64,000 bases of DNA from contig CM097882.1 in the NCBI GenBank assembly GCA_044892505.1, positions 323,268,001 to 323,332,000 of the forward strand, in the 5' to 3' direction. This document shows positions 40,181 through 52,508 of the stretch, one piece after another. Made by a program: the position numbers and the translations under genes. Within the stretch, counting starts at the first letter, position 1. Every line of letters starts with the position of its first letter. Source of the DNA: Schmidtea nova. Lineage: Eukaryota. The notes beneath the pieces are model-generated. The model had not been told where the DNA came from. It did not search any database and saw only the letters and a program-made list of their open reading frames with translations.

Positions 40181-43100
40181 TTTATTCCCCCATAATTTTA
40201 TCGTCAATGATATTACCCTAATTAACATTGAAATTAATTAAAATAAAAAGATTATTCAAAATTTCATGTATTTAAAAATAATTAATTAATTTTCTCAAAG
40301 ATAAAATAGAAATAAAATAGAAATATTCTTAAAAGATTAAAAAAAGAAAATTACTCAAAAAGGAAAAGTTACTGATGCAATCTTAACTTTTATTGCAGCA
40401 TGTATAATGGAGTGGGGGTAAAAATACTAAATGTTCCGATATCGGAACACTGGGCAAAAAGGGGTTAATATAATATTTTTTTGAAGTTAAATGCGTTATT
40501 TTTTGTTATATTCATGTTCTTTAAATTTTAGTAATTTAAAATCAATAGAATTTTTGGAAGTTGGAGATGGTTTACTGGGTCGCCAGCTTCGCTGTAGTCC
40601 GACTTTTAACTTTCGAGTGTAGAGTGGATGGTAGAGCAACCGACCAAAGATAACAGAATGGTAAAACTAAATTAATGAATATTGAAATCAGTGGTGGTAT
40701 GGAACGTCAGTTTTCCACGTCAGCAACTAGGATTAAATTTTAGTAAACTATAACATAGTAAAATCACTATAAAGGAATAGAGATAGGAACCTGCGTACGC
40801 TACTTGGTTATTACCTGAGGTAACCCCGGTAGTAGGGAGAAATAATCTGGTTAATTCGAAGCTTAAAAATTGATTATCTATATGAGATTGGGGAAAATCT
40901 TTCAGATTAAAATCCATTAGTTGACGAGAAAACAATTGTTTAATACAGTCCATTAGTAGGTGCTCAACATTTTCGTTGAAAATCCATTAGCGACGGGTAA
41001 AAGTTAATTAACTAAATTCATTAGCCGGGGAAAACTTCTATTCGTTTAGGACAACCTAAATTGTTGACTGAAGTAAGGAAATTTAATAATGAAGTCAAAA
41101 TATCCATTAGTTAATGATTGCGTAATTCGTCTGTCGTAGTAGGACAGTGTAAGGAAATGATTGTACTTAATTGATTGACAGATAAAGTCTGTTTTTTAAA
41201 ATAAATTATGATTAAATAATTTAAAGAAATCTGAGGCCTAAAAATATGTCATTAATGTAAAAATTCAATATTTATTTCCCACTAGCATTAGAACTGACGA
41301 TGGCACAGATATACGATCAAAAATATCATGAGACCCAAGGGACAGGGTCCACAAGAATCATTTCAATCATAAAAAAGGGTTCATAGAAAAATAGTATGAA
41401 AACTTTCTGGTAATGGCGATGCCCTTAAAGACAAATATTTCTACCAAATTGTTACAATAAATATTCGCCGAGCATGAGGCGCACTTCAGACGAACGGGGA
41501 GGCGCCGAGCTTTAGCCTCCATCGTGAAAGTCCCGACCACATCGTGTGACATAGGGGACCAGAATGACCTCATCGATTCTGAATACGACTATCCACGGGA
41601 CACTCCAAATTATGCTGTTTAAAACGACGTACCATTGACTGAGAAAGAGCATATTTTCACCTGCGGAGATGAATGGAGTGAAGGACAAACTTACCCGAAT
41701 ACGCCAAAGTAATGAAGATCTAAAGATGGAATTGGAAGCTATCAGGATAAAGCTGCGCAATTGCAAACGTTATTTAACGCAACGGTTTGTTGCAAATGAT
41801 TTGAAAGAGGTAATTCAACCCCTTACTTTTTCGAAATGGTATCCGACCACTGTCTAAACGGAGAATTCTGACAAGGTACAGGAAGAACCGAGAAAGATGC
41901 CCAAGAAACGCAAGAGGATTAGTTCTCAGAAACGACAAAGGGCGAGAAAACAACTGATAGCCAAGTCAAGCGAATCCGAGAGTGAACAATGATAAACATT
42001 GATATACTCTGTTGAGTGATTGTTCTAATTATATGTATGATATTGTGCTTTATTTGGTTATTTGTGCGAGCTTTGAATAAATTAAAATCAATTGAAATCA
42101 ATAAAGATCAACGAAGAAAATGTACGACAACTCAGAGATAAGTTTTAGACTGTCTTGTGAGATAAACACACCTTGAATGAGTGACCCGTGAAAGGGTGAG
42201 TAGGATAAAATTGTGAAAACCTTCTATCGGTCATTAGGGAACCCGTGAGAACGAATGAATCGGGAGTAGTGTTAATGCAGAGGCCAACCTGTCGATTCAA
42301 ATTCGCCTGACGTATGCAGTACCAACGTAAGTACAAAGGATATATACGAGCATACGAGAGGAAAGCTTTTTATGTGTTGTGTTGCGACCCTAGACGAGTA
42401 AAGATAAATGTGATTAAATTGCATAAATATTTCAAGCACACAACTGCTGGGCCAGCCAACACACAAAATCAAACCCTAGAAACAGGAATAAATCAATAAA
42501 ATTAACTTTTTTTTCTCGGATCACTGAGAAATCTGAAAATAAAATAATAGAATCATTAAATCAATTAAAAACATAAGAAATAATACTTCAGTTTTGCGAG
42601 GAACAACATACTTCAACGATTCTAAAATAACTAATAAAACAATTTTAAACACTCGAGAGTTCAATTAAGGGGAAAACAAAAATAATATTCAGTAATCATA
42701 ACGAATTAAAAACAACCAAGTACCAATTATGAGCCAACAGATGAATTCTGATTGGTGAGGACTACAAGCGGAATGAGTATATAAACAGTGGTTATTTAGT
42801 CAAAAGGAACACCTTTTTCACCTTGTGTAGAATTTTCACATTGAGACAACTGTTTACTTGTAACTACGTTGGAGGCGAAAATAAAGGTATTGTTGTAATT
42901 TGATGTTGTTAATTATATTCATCCTCATGATATTTTCTAAGCTCAGTATGATGGTAAGGGCACGTCCCGTAAATCTAACGTCTCGACGGGCGATAATGGG
43001 CCTCCCGACCGACACTCTTCGCAGTGTTGGCGGTGCGGCGTACGATAACTAAAATGAACGGGGAAGGGGAAAGATCGCACATTGGGGCATCGAAAGACAT

Positions 43101-43254
43101 TCTATACCAAAAATTATGTTACCGATGAATTGACAACTCAGTAACTAAATACATTTATTCAACACACATCACGAATTCGATATCGAAAACGCGAGGATAA
43201 AGAGATCTGCATAATAATGATTAGGATGCACTATAGCGTGGGAAGATAGGTGTT

Positions 43255-43785
43255 ACCAACTTTAAACTACCAAAACCCTAGGTAGAAGAACTATCATGTT
43301 CCAAGGCAATAATGCGCATTGAGATCACTAATCGGCTAGATCCGACTAACATCGACAATTAGAATTTTTCAGTATGATAGCCAATAGGCTCGGAACAAGT
43401 ATTACTCGTCCCATGAGCAGATGAAATAGACCAACTTTAAACTACCAAAACACTAGGTAGAAGAACTATCACGTTCCAAGGCAATAATGCGCATTGAGAT
43501 CACTAATCGGCTAGATCCGACTAACATCGACAATTAGGATTTTTCAGTATGATAGCCAATAGGCTTGGAACAAGTATTACGCGTCCCATGAGCAGATGAA
43601 ATAGACCAACTTTAAACTACCAAAACCATAGGTAGAAGAACTATCACGTTCCAAGGCAATAATGCGCATTGAGATCACTAATCGGCTAGATCCGACTAAC
43701 ATCGACAATTAGGATTTTTCAGTATGATAGCCAATAGGCTCGGAACAAGTATTACGCGTCCCACGAGCAGATGAAATAGACCAAC
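43255..43785 (+). repeat. Three near-identical 175-bp tandem units inside copy B
   Basis: ACCAACTTTAAACTACC starts at 43255, 43430 and 43605, with a partial start at 43780. Confidence 0.97.
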
Positions 43786-44526
43786 CATCTAGGATGTTGA
43801 AATAGAGATTCCATACCCCACCAAATTGAGCGCTCCCACTTACGAAACTGAATGTATAAAACATAGCATGGAGTTTGAAGGAAAACATAGAGACATTTGG
43901 TATGATGATACCCTGTCCGCGAATTGTTGACGTATGAGACGAAACGATGCATGATGTTAATATGACTGAACCAGGAGATTGGGATGAATGATCAATTGAT
44001 AAATATACCCTACGATTGAAAGACTTGAGGTCGAACATCTTATTTTTTCCATGAAACTGAGAATGAATTTGCTCAGAACCGTCGTAGACGACGAACTACG
44101 TCTCTTATTGGCAACAGAAACACTATGAATGCCGAGAAAATCGATACGAAATGTTGAGCGAGAAACCTAAATTAATACGAGGGAAATAATTATTCCAAAT
44201 CAAATGGTTTGTTGTGGGCTATTGAATAAGATCCAATCAGTCTACGGGAGAAATAGCCTAATCAATAAAATGAAATCTAACTGTTGCGACTCAGTGAGAC
44301 AGGTGGTAATTGGGAACAGGGAATGTGATTGTTTGGAATGAGTAAACTCACGCGTTTGTCTGAATGAGGGTATGAATTGTCTGAAAGAGATATACAAACT
44401 GTCTGAAAGGTATGACTGCGAAAGTGATGTCTGCATAGGAACAAGAGAATAAGGAGTAGAAGTGGGAAACCATCGACTACTACAACCCAACGGAGAAGGA
44501 GAATAATTTGATTTCCTCATTATATA

Positions 44527-45096
44527 ATGCGCGCTAACCTTTTCTCGGAGATCGCAAACATCCGTTACCTGGATGATGGCCATATTGAACTCAAACTTCA
44601 ACGGTCCACAAACGTACCCAGCCTCTTACAAGCTGAGATAGAGCGTCATCTCCGTCATTGGAGAAGGAAATTTCCCCAATCAGCGTCCAGAGATTCAGAT
44701 GAGGAATGGGAGATGCAAGTCAAATGGGTAGGAGACCCTTCATGGTCAATTTTTGAAGTACCAAATTGAAGCCGAATACGCAACTCCGTGACTCAAAGGC
44801 CAAGGTGGCTCCTGCATTTCAAGTTCATAGACCCTTCGATATTACAATGACTGGGTTACATTCTCCTCAGTCCACCTCGCAATATCTATACGGAAGAGGT
44901 TCTATCGTATCCGAATCTACCATGTGGATTTCAGGAAGCTTGGAGATCGAGATCGTCTTGAGCAACGTTTGTACAATTCCAGGAAGTTCTCATATACGAC
45001 GATCAACTGTGTTGGGTACCGAATCCGATTTTCTACCACTAGGATGGAATCAAAAAAGGAGATAGTCATTATACCCAAGATTGGATCGACTCGTAA
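44527..45096 (+). pseudogene. Copy B ORF1 (Trp-rich family; 190 codons, 4 in-frame stops)
   Basis: LQAEIERHLRHWRRK, GDPSWSI and FIDPSILQ*LGY align with the copy G ORF1 motifs LQQIHQKMWAWRRE, GCASWPI and FIPASTFKELGF. Confidence 0.7.
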
Positions 45097-45375
45097 TGTC
45101 GATTACGGGACAGCCAGTTTCGTTGTGTATTATCGGATTGTTTGTTTAGACACTAATTAAATCGTTATCTTTCAATTTGATGTTGCTTGATTGCGGTTTG
45201 TATGAATACAAGTAGGGAAAGTGTTTGAATGAGATACGTGTCGGAATGGCTCGTAGGAGCTTAAATTAAAAAAACTCTATTTGATAGATAGGGAAAAAAG
45301 GAGGGGAATCCCAAAATTAATCGAATAAAAATTAAATTAAGAAAAAGTAATGAGTGTATCCTATTATAATTATAG

Positions 45376-45945
45376 ATGGAAGTACTAAAATCATGCATAG
45401 ACACCGACGAGCGACGATAGTTATATCGACGAATTCACCTCCTCGAGGGTAAAATAAATCGCCAGGATCTGGAGCTGGAGGAATTGAAAAGAACTTGGTT
45501 CAACCCTGAAAAAACAAAAGCGATATTTAAGAGTCGAGACAGAGTGGAAAGGGCGCTGGAGGAGCAGGCCCGGGAAACTGCGGCGACCAAACTAGAGTTA
45601 AATTGTTGCCTACGATCCTTAACTAGCGAATTTCTAGAGACTCATCTAAAGACGCAAATACGAGAAAACACATTTGAACGTTGGGTCCCAACTCGACGAG
45701 AAACCGTAGAAACATAGACCGAGAATCAACCCGCCGCAAAGATGCCTAAGAGTGTCGAAACAGGGGTAGCGAGGGACATGGTCAGCGAACCCTTCAAGGT
45801 AAAGAAACGCAATCGGTTAGGAGCCAAAAGGCACCGAGAGCGAAGGGCACTCGCGAAGAGAATAGGGATCGAAGTAGATCTCCAGAGTGGGTTAACCGAA
45901 AACCAATTAGTCAACGTGATAAACACTAGTATCTTTTTGAATTAA
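45376..45945 (+). pseudogene. Copy B ORF2 (coiled-coil/Arg-rich family; 2 in-frame TAG)
   Basis: tatAG|ATG start; WFNPEK, AATKLEL, FERWVPT, RNRLGAKRHRERRALAKR and LTENQL all match copy G ORF2. Confidence 0.8.
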
Positions 45946-46302
45946 ATAAAGGTTTTGTGTTAGTTCATGCGTTTTGTTTGTTTAGCGTATGCATGAGAAA
46001 AGAGAAGGATGTGGAGAGTGAACGAATGCACAAAGGGTGAACATTCATAGAAAGGGACCGAAAGAAAACCACACGAGACCTATCGGTAGTGGTGGACCTG
46101 TAGCCTTAATGGGGGAATAGTAGTCTTTCGACTGCTCTCCTGACCTATTAAGCTACAACGCTTAGTGCAGTACCAACATGAGGCGCAATTAGGGGCAAAT
46201 CATGGGCACGAGCGAGGAAATGTTTTTATGTTGGCCAGGTGATCCTAATCTTTCCAACCAAACACACCTGTGTTTGAACAATATCAACCAACACAACTAA
46301 CA

Positions 46303-46990
46303 AATCATATTATAAATTATTAAATATATAAAGCTGAAATCTTTGACAGGATACTTATATTTATGCTTAGAAACATTTAAAACAAATCGTGAATATTCCA
46401 AATCCTGAACTTCGGGATTAAAAAATTTACAAAAATCTACACACTCCTCCCACAGCCTGCCATAATTGGTGAACAAAGCAATTTTAAAACTAATTATACT
46501 TATATAATTCATAAATAAAAAATTTAAAATTATTAAAATAAATCATAGCAAAAAAGCCATTATCTGACAACTGCCAGAAACACTTTCTTATTATTTTCAA
46601 AGATCTAGCAAGATACAAATTAAATTTTCCTTTGTCATATTTAAAAATTATGTATATTTCAATATCTGATAAATATCTTTCTACCAAATTTTTACTAAAT
46701 TGAAGTATTAATTTTTAATAATGAGATACGGTTCTTAACCGGTTGACTGCTAGAATAGTTTCCAAATTTCTCTTGACACCTTGAAAATTTAAAGTATTTT
46801 TCTGTGGCGATTAACCTGTTAAAATAAATACATGATAAATAAATATAAATAATGAAGAACACTAAGTGAAGGAAATTATTTGTTACTAAATAAAATAATC
46901 CGGAAAATTTTGCTGAATATCAATTTTACACATTTCGTTTTATAGTGGAGTTCGTTGGGTGATTGTCTTGGTGCTTCTTTGTTGGATTTC
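46303..46990 (-). pseudogene. 5-prime half (N-term to TM5) of the rhodopsin-type peptide GPCR pseudogene
   Basis: VTNNFLHLVFFIIYIYL (TM1/TM2-like), NTSI*...LVERYLS (TM3 ERY motif), WEEC (ECL2) and a hydrophobic TM5 start; frameshifted. Confidence 0.6.
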
Positions 46991-47579
46991 TGTCTTTCAT
47001 AAATTTGTATAATCTTTTTGGCACATAAAAAATTTCAGATATGTAAAAATAAATAATATTCGAACATTTAACTTCATAGCACACTGATAATTCCAAATAT
47101 AGTCAGTAATTAGCAATATGCTTAAGAGTTTATTTTTAATAGTTTTAATTTACTTCTTTGGAATTGTTTGGGACAATAAGAAATACAGTTTAAACTTTAA
47201 ATGTCTAAGGCATTAAATAAAAATAAAAATAATTTACTCGAACGATTCCAATTTCACTGCGAGAATTTCAAAGTCTGAGAGCATTGACAAAGTGAACCAA
47301 TCTACGACTAAGAACTACATTTTAAGAAAATAGAATTAAGATAAATAACCAATCTCTAGTTAGAGCATGGAAAATCCCTGTTGGTTTCTGCTGGAGTTCT
47401 GTTCTAAAAATAATCATATATGAAAATTAAATTCTTACCATATAAACGGACCAATAAAAACAAACAAACTTTTGTTGATCGGTTATCTAGTTTTCTTTTT
47501 AATCGAAATTTTATCATTACCATCGACTTAGGGACGATCGGTATTCGATTCCCTAAATTTGAATATTGTAGTGCCATCG

Positions 47580-47581
<2 letters not shown>

Positions 47582-47636
<55 letters not shown>

Positions 47637-47646
47637 CATACACACA
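47582..47646. repeat. (TA)n/(CA)n microsatellite
   Basis: TA run followed by CA. Confidence 0.97.
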
Positions 47647-47769
47647 CATTTTAAAAACTGTAATAAATTACATATATGTATATATAATTTAATTAAATAT
47701 AGTTATGTATAAAAATATTAATCAATGTTGTTTATATTTACAAAAAAAGGAGAATTAAAAAATAAACCG

Positions 47770-48890
47770 ACATTTACAAAACTTAAAAGCAAAGCAGCAG
47801 ATTCAAATTAGCAGTTTTATTCAATATTAAGCAGCAAGCAACTAGCAAGTTCAAAAATGGCTGTTTTATTCAATATGAAGAAGGAAGTAATTCAAATCGC
47901 AACGCGCAGACACATTTATTTTAATAAATGTTTATTATTAAAAGTAATTTATTTCAGAGTTACTACAATTGGTGTCAGAAAAAGTGGCAACTGTCAATAT
48001 CACAAATCATCAACAATTGCACAATTCACAGCTTCGTTGCCTCTCAGATCCGTTTCATATTCTACATCCCAGCAACAGTTATTAGCACAACCTAGCCTAG
48101 TGAATGTTCAATACATTCACGATCCTATTCTCAGTTCAGTAGCTCACGAACATAATATGCTATCAGCCTCTCCGACAACTGCCGAAGTTAAGCACTCTTT
48201 CCAACAAGCTTCAGCGAAGCATGCTATCATAGAACATATTTTTTATTATATTATCTTATATAAAATTTTATCTGTATCTATCATAAAATTTATTAATTTA
48301 TTAATTTTATTTTATTATAAATTTATTTATAAAAATTTTATATGCACTCCATCTACCTCGCCCTTATTACCCATTTTAACTACAAACCGCACCCACATTC
48401 AAAAACAAGAGCCAACCCACAACAATTATTCCTTTCCCACAGCTGCATCCATTACACCAACATATATCCTTATACGCTTCAACAACATAATAAGCCCAAT
48501 CGCTATTACAACTTACCTTTACACCGACATTGTCGCCTCTCTCCACATCGATAAAACTTCTTTTTACATGCTATGTAACGGTTTCTGGTTTCCTTCGATC
48601 ACCGAGGTACTACTAAATTCAATCATAGACATCCATTGTCACATCCTAAGAGGTGTTCGTCCTGCAGCAGAACCATCTTTCTCATCCGGATTCCGCCCCA
48701 TTCTGTTTTTTCTAGACCAAGACGGTACATCTTCGTCGTGGTTTCGCATTTTCGAAGCCCGCACATCCTCCTTCCCAAATCACGCGCAGATCATCTTCTC
48801 GACAGTTTACCTGCTTAATTAATATCGGAACTGGCAACCAAAATCGCTGAAAGCAAATTCAGATTCAAAATAACAGTTTTATTCACCAGT
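47770..48890 (+). mobile_element. Gypsy-type LTR retrotransposon remnant
   Basis: ...TACA-AT-TGGTGTCAGAA PBS-like site at 47970; CAGATTCAAA..AGTTTTATTCA is repeated at ~47797 and ~48860; degenerate integrase zinc-finger-like LHIDKT...FWFPSI...CHI. Confidence 0.5.
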
Positions 48891-48949
48891 TGAAAAATAT
48901 CTGCAAGGTAACATCATTTTATGTTTCACTCTATGTCCTTGAAGGACTG

Positions 48950-49541
48950 AACTAGATCACTTTATACTTGATAGAAAGGCAGTTATTTCTTCTCTCAGTT
49001 CATATATTCTTTTTAATATCCGACCCCTGGATAACCATCAAACTTCCGCATGTAATAATAATGTTTTATGAGATGTTCCCATTTCCTCGCACAATCTTGA
49101 ATTCAGTGCACTTGATTTTATATAATTTACCGTTTTAACACCTGTTGTTAATACCTGATTTAAATCAGCACTAACATTTTTACTCGCTAGAATTTCTCGA
49201 TGTATCATGCAATGTGTACCTATTATATTCGGAGCTACTTCTTAAATTTTTGCGAGTAATCCTAAATTTTTACCTAAATTTTAGCTGCACCATCAGTACA
49301 AACTGAAATGCAATCTACCATTTTTAAATCAATACCCCATTATTTCCAAGCATTTTAAAAACTCATCCTTAATTTCACTTTTATCCCAATCTACATATCT
49401 AATATAAATAAGTAACAAAGATTTATTAACAATATCCTTCGACTCATCTAATTGAAGAGCATATATTTTTGATTTTTTGATTAGTTGCTGTTCAGCATCT
49501 TCGCACATCATGTTTATACAAAGTTCGACCATGCAAGGCAT
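48950..49541 (-). pseudogene. Buster/Charlie-type hAT transposase fragment
   Basis: YALQLDESKDI...LLIYIRY; THCMIHREILASK; WLSRG; RIYELREEI. Confidence 0.85.
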
Positions 49542-49914
49542 AATTAGATTTGAATGTGTAACATAATAATTGTGTGTAACTGCTCAGATATTTAAACGAC
49601 TAACCATCCTTAAAAATGCAAAATAATATTGATATATTAAATAAATCTTATGAAACAGAAGTCAGGGCTTTGAATTTTTAAACAATTTAACTGAATACCC
49701 AACTAAAAATTATTGGAAAAGTTAGAATTAGATGAATGTTTTATAGAAAAATGTTTTAACTTTGGTTCATATTTAAAATCCAACGAAGTATGAAAATTCT
49801 ATATTAGAACTGAGTAAATAAATAAAAAGCAAAAAATTAGAAACTGTTTCCAAATGAAATTATAATTTTAAGAATATTTTTAACGACTCATTTACGTTCA
49901 TTGTTGTATAGACA

Positions 49915-50060
49915 GGAAACATATTTAAGATTAATTATATAGAACAACATTTGAACGCATTAGTTATATTGTCAATAGAAACAGAATTTGCAATGAATAT
50001 TGATTATACTGATATAATTAATACTTTTACTGATAAAAAGTTAGAAGAATATTATAATAA
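49915..50060 (+). pseudogene. ZMYM1/PRKRIR-type hAT transposase C-terminal fragment
   Basis: TYLR...EQHLNALVILSIETEFAMNIDYTDIINTF matches the YLRSTMxQxRLxxLAxLSIE motif. Confidence 0.7.
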
Positions 50061-51370
50061 ATATGTTAATATTATGTTAATATAAATATGTAGAGGTCTA
50101 CCGATATGTTTTTTCCGATATCAGTATATCGGTAAAAAATTTCACTACATAGTGGATATACTTGTGTGGAAAGGAGAAATATTTGAATGGCATTATAATT
50201 TTTCATATTCAGAATTTTAAGAATTGAATAAATTTACAGAAATTGAAAACAAAAATTATTACCGTAAAATGTGTAAAATTTACAACATATTATTACTTAA
50301 CATTTGATAAACGAATTCAATAATTCAAAAATTAAAAAAATTAAAAAACATAAAATGTGTGAATAAACTGCATTAATACATTATTTTTGGGTTTAATTTT
50401 TTAGATTTATTTCACAGTGTAAATTTGGCATGGGACTCGGATTATATGCTTTTAAATATTTAAACAAACCCAATTATATAATTACTTGGTTTTGCAACCA
50501 AATTTGTCGTTATACTCGTATTGTCAAAAAGTCGGTAATATCGGCACCGATAAGACCTAGAAACGCATATCGATAACCTGTGATGCGGGTGTTAAAATCT
50601 AATACATTTATGTAATTTTAAGTCTCCAACAAATATAAGAATGTTGAAAAAATGATATTGATAGGCTTAAAATTCGAGTTTGTTGTTATAATAATCAAAT
50701 TCCTCTTATCATGGTTTTATATAAAGGTAGTTGTTTTTTTCTTCCCCATTTCTACGCCAATTGATGATTGTTTTGCATGATTGTTTGCATGATTGTTTTT
50801 TTGTTTCTTTTATTTCCAATGGAGCATGAAATTGTATTTCCGGGTGAAAAGATAAAAACATAGGCATAGTTCAATTAATCTTTACTTGATTGACGAATTA
50901 AAAATATAGGTATGAACAATGAATTGTGTTTGATTTCTACAAACAACACATTGCTAAGATATGGGATTATTAATTAATATATTGTATAAAAAGGAAATTT
51001 AAATTTTCCATATTTATTCTTTAATACCCCGATTTCATTATGATCCCTATACAATTTCAAACCTATATTCATGTCGCTATAAATTAGAAGTTGTTTATTT
51101 TCTAGCAACTTGCCCAAATATAAAAATATCAGTAGTAATCATATCGACATACACAAATCCTGCCTATACCGATATTGCTGAAATGATGTATCGGCACCGA
51201 TATATCGGTAGACGTATAGTTGTGGAATTATTAAACGTATTTTTGCGCAACCCAATTTTTTGATTATTCTCAAAGTTTCAATTTTTTGTTATATTTTAGT
51301 CTATAACATGTAAAGTAATTTCACAAACTGTACTAAATAAAATGAAAAAACAATGTAAATTATACTTCAA

Positions 51371-52508
51371 TTAAAGAAGCATTTCACCTTTCTCAGCCAA
51401 CAAACGCAATCTTTTGTCTGAATATATTTGTCCCGCTCCACTAAATAGTTGTTCATTTGGGACACTTAAAGCTGGAGGGGATAAATATTTCCGCGCAAGA
51501 ATAGATAGTGCACCGAATTGATTCAGATTTTGGCGCCAACACAAGTATGGGTCTTCGTTTCGAATTAATAATGGCGCTAACAAATAATTATCAATCATTT
51601 TCAACATTTCTGCCGCTTCATTTGCTGATTCAACCGATTCACTGGTAGGAAAATGATTCCATAGCCAAGATTTTGCAAGTGGTGCAGATTTCCGGACTGC
51701 ATTTTTTTCATTTACTGTCGTCACAGAAATATCATCCTTTTTATCTACTTTAATTGCTGCCACCTCTTCCTTCAACCAAGTTTTTGCCATCAATACGGTT
51801 TCATCACTGTCAAATATCCGATCTTTGAAACGAGGGTCGAGCACCGTGGCCAGAACGAGTGTTTTACTTTTTGCAGTATCTGAAAACCTCGTGTTTCTCA
51901 AAACATTCCGTTATATAATGTCCAGTAAAACTTAAAAGTGAAATTCCAGTTGACGGATCAGACCATACATCAGTGGTAAACCTAATATCTTTCTCGAAAT
52001 AAATGAGTGCCTTTATTTTTGATTGAACTTTTCGGTACATGTTTGGAATTAATTATGTTGCAAAAAATTTTGGGCTGGGTAACTTATATCGCTTTTCTGC
52101 CTTCTCCATCACACGTCTGAACCCAATATTTTCAACCATGGTGAATGGTTGCGCATCAACGCAAATCATTTCTCCTATTAATCTGTTCCAAGAGAGTGCT
52201 CTTGATTCATTAAAATCCCAAGCGATTGAGCGATCAATTACTTCTGATATAATAGGTTGGTATGATAAATGTCCAGACGTAGATTCCACCCTAGATGTTG
52301 TTTTTTTTGTCGTTTTGAACTTTAAATATTCGATTTCATGCTTATATTTCAAATGACTTATCAAATTAGTTGTCGAATAGGACTTAGGCTCCTGCCCACC
52401 CCGAGAAACTGCCTCATTGCAGACTTAGAAATTTGCTTTGCTGACATCTAGAGAATTAACGTCGAAAACGGCCCAAATATTACTGGTCATCATCGATGGT
52501 GTTGGCAT
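51371..52508 (-). pseudogene. BED-finger hAT transposase (ZBED1/ZBED4-like) with catalytic-core deletion
   Basis: IWAVF..VCNE..STTNLISHLKYKH (BED); QPFTMVENIGF; FTTDVWSD; ATVLDPRFK; LARKYLSPPALSVPNEQLFSGAG. Confidence 0.9.

Larger units (their letters stand above)
33995..40464. mobile_element. piggyBac-type non-autonomous element (6.5 kb) carrying non-transposase cargo
   Basis: TTAA|CCCATTTTGCC...GGGCAAAAAGGGG|TTAA with a subterminal GTTCCGATATCGGAAC palindrome. No transposase is seen, and the segment spans an assembly gap. Confidence 0.6.
42445..46293 (+). mobile_element. Complete copy B of the coding-LTR family (3849 bp), nested 5 bp from the end of copy A
   Basis: CAAC|TGCTGGGCCAGCCAA...CCAACA|CAAC (4-bp TSD); CTGATTGG at 42749, TATATAAA at 42778, donor at 42887; ORF1 44527-45096; ORF2 45376-45945; AATAAA at ~45943; structured module 46030-46235. 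Confidence 0.88.
33458..46302 (+). mobile_element. Copy A of the coding-LTR family (~2.5 kb native), interrupted by a piggyBac-bounded segment and copy B
   Basis: AATC|TGTTGAG...CAACTAACA|AATC (4-bp TSD); TGATTGG and GTAAGT donor at 33976; ORF2 41645-41992; structured module 42185-42380. The sequence joined across the TTAA resembles the unbroken intron of copy C. Confidence 0.75.

Noticed and set aside
42318-42326. TACCAAC read in reverse as a tRNA primer-binding site (TGGTA...)
   Set aside because: The following bases vary between copies, the site is internal rather than adjacent to a CA terminus, and it sits in a structured junction.
42311-42356. Assignment of domain D3 to twister, HDV-like, pistol or hatchet ribozymes
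   Set aside because: The required conserved cores and nested topology were not found by eye; left as an unclassified structure.
43255-43785. CRISPR-like array
   Set aside because: The units are contiguous 175-bp repeats without unique spacers, the context is eukaryotic, and there are no cas genes.
47857-48822. 321-aa ORF as a real gene
   Set aside because: It starts in LTR-like sequence, crosses the PBS and an AT-rich low-complexity tract, and only a short integrase-like remnant is recognisable.
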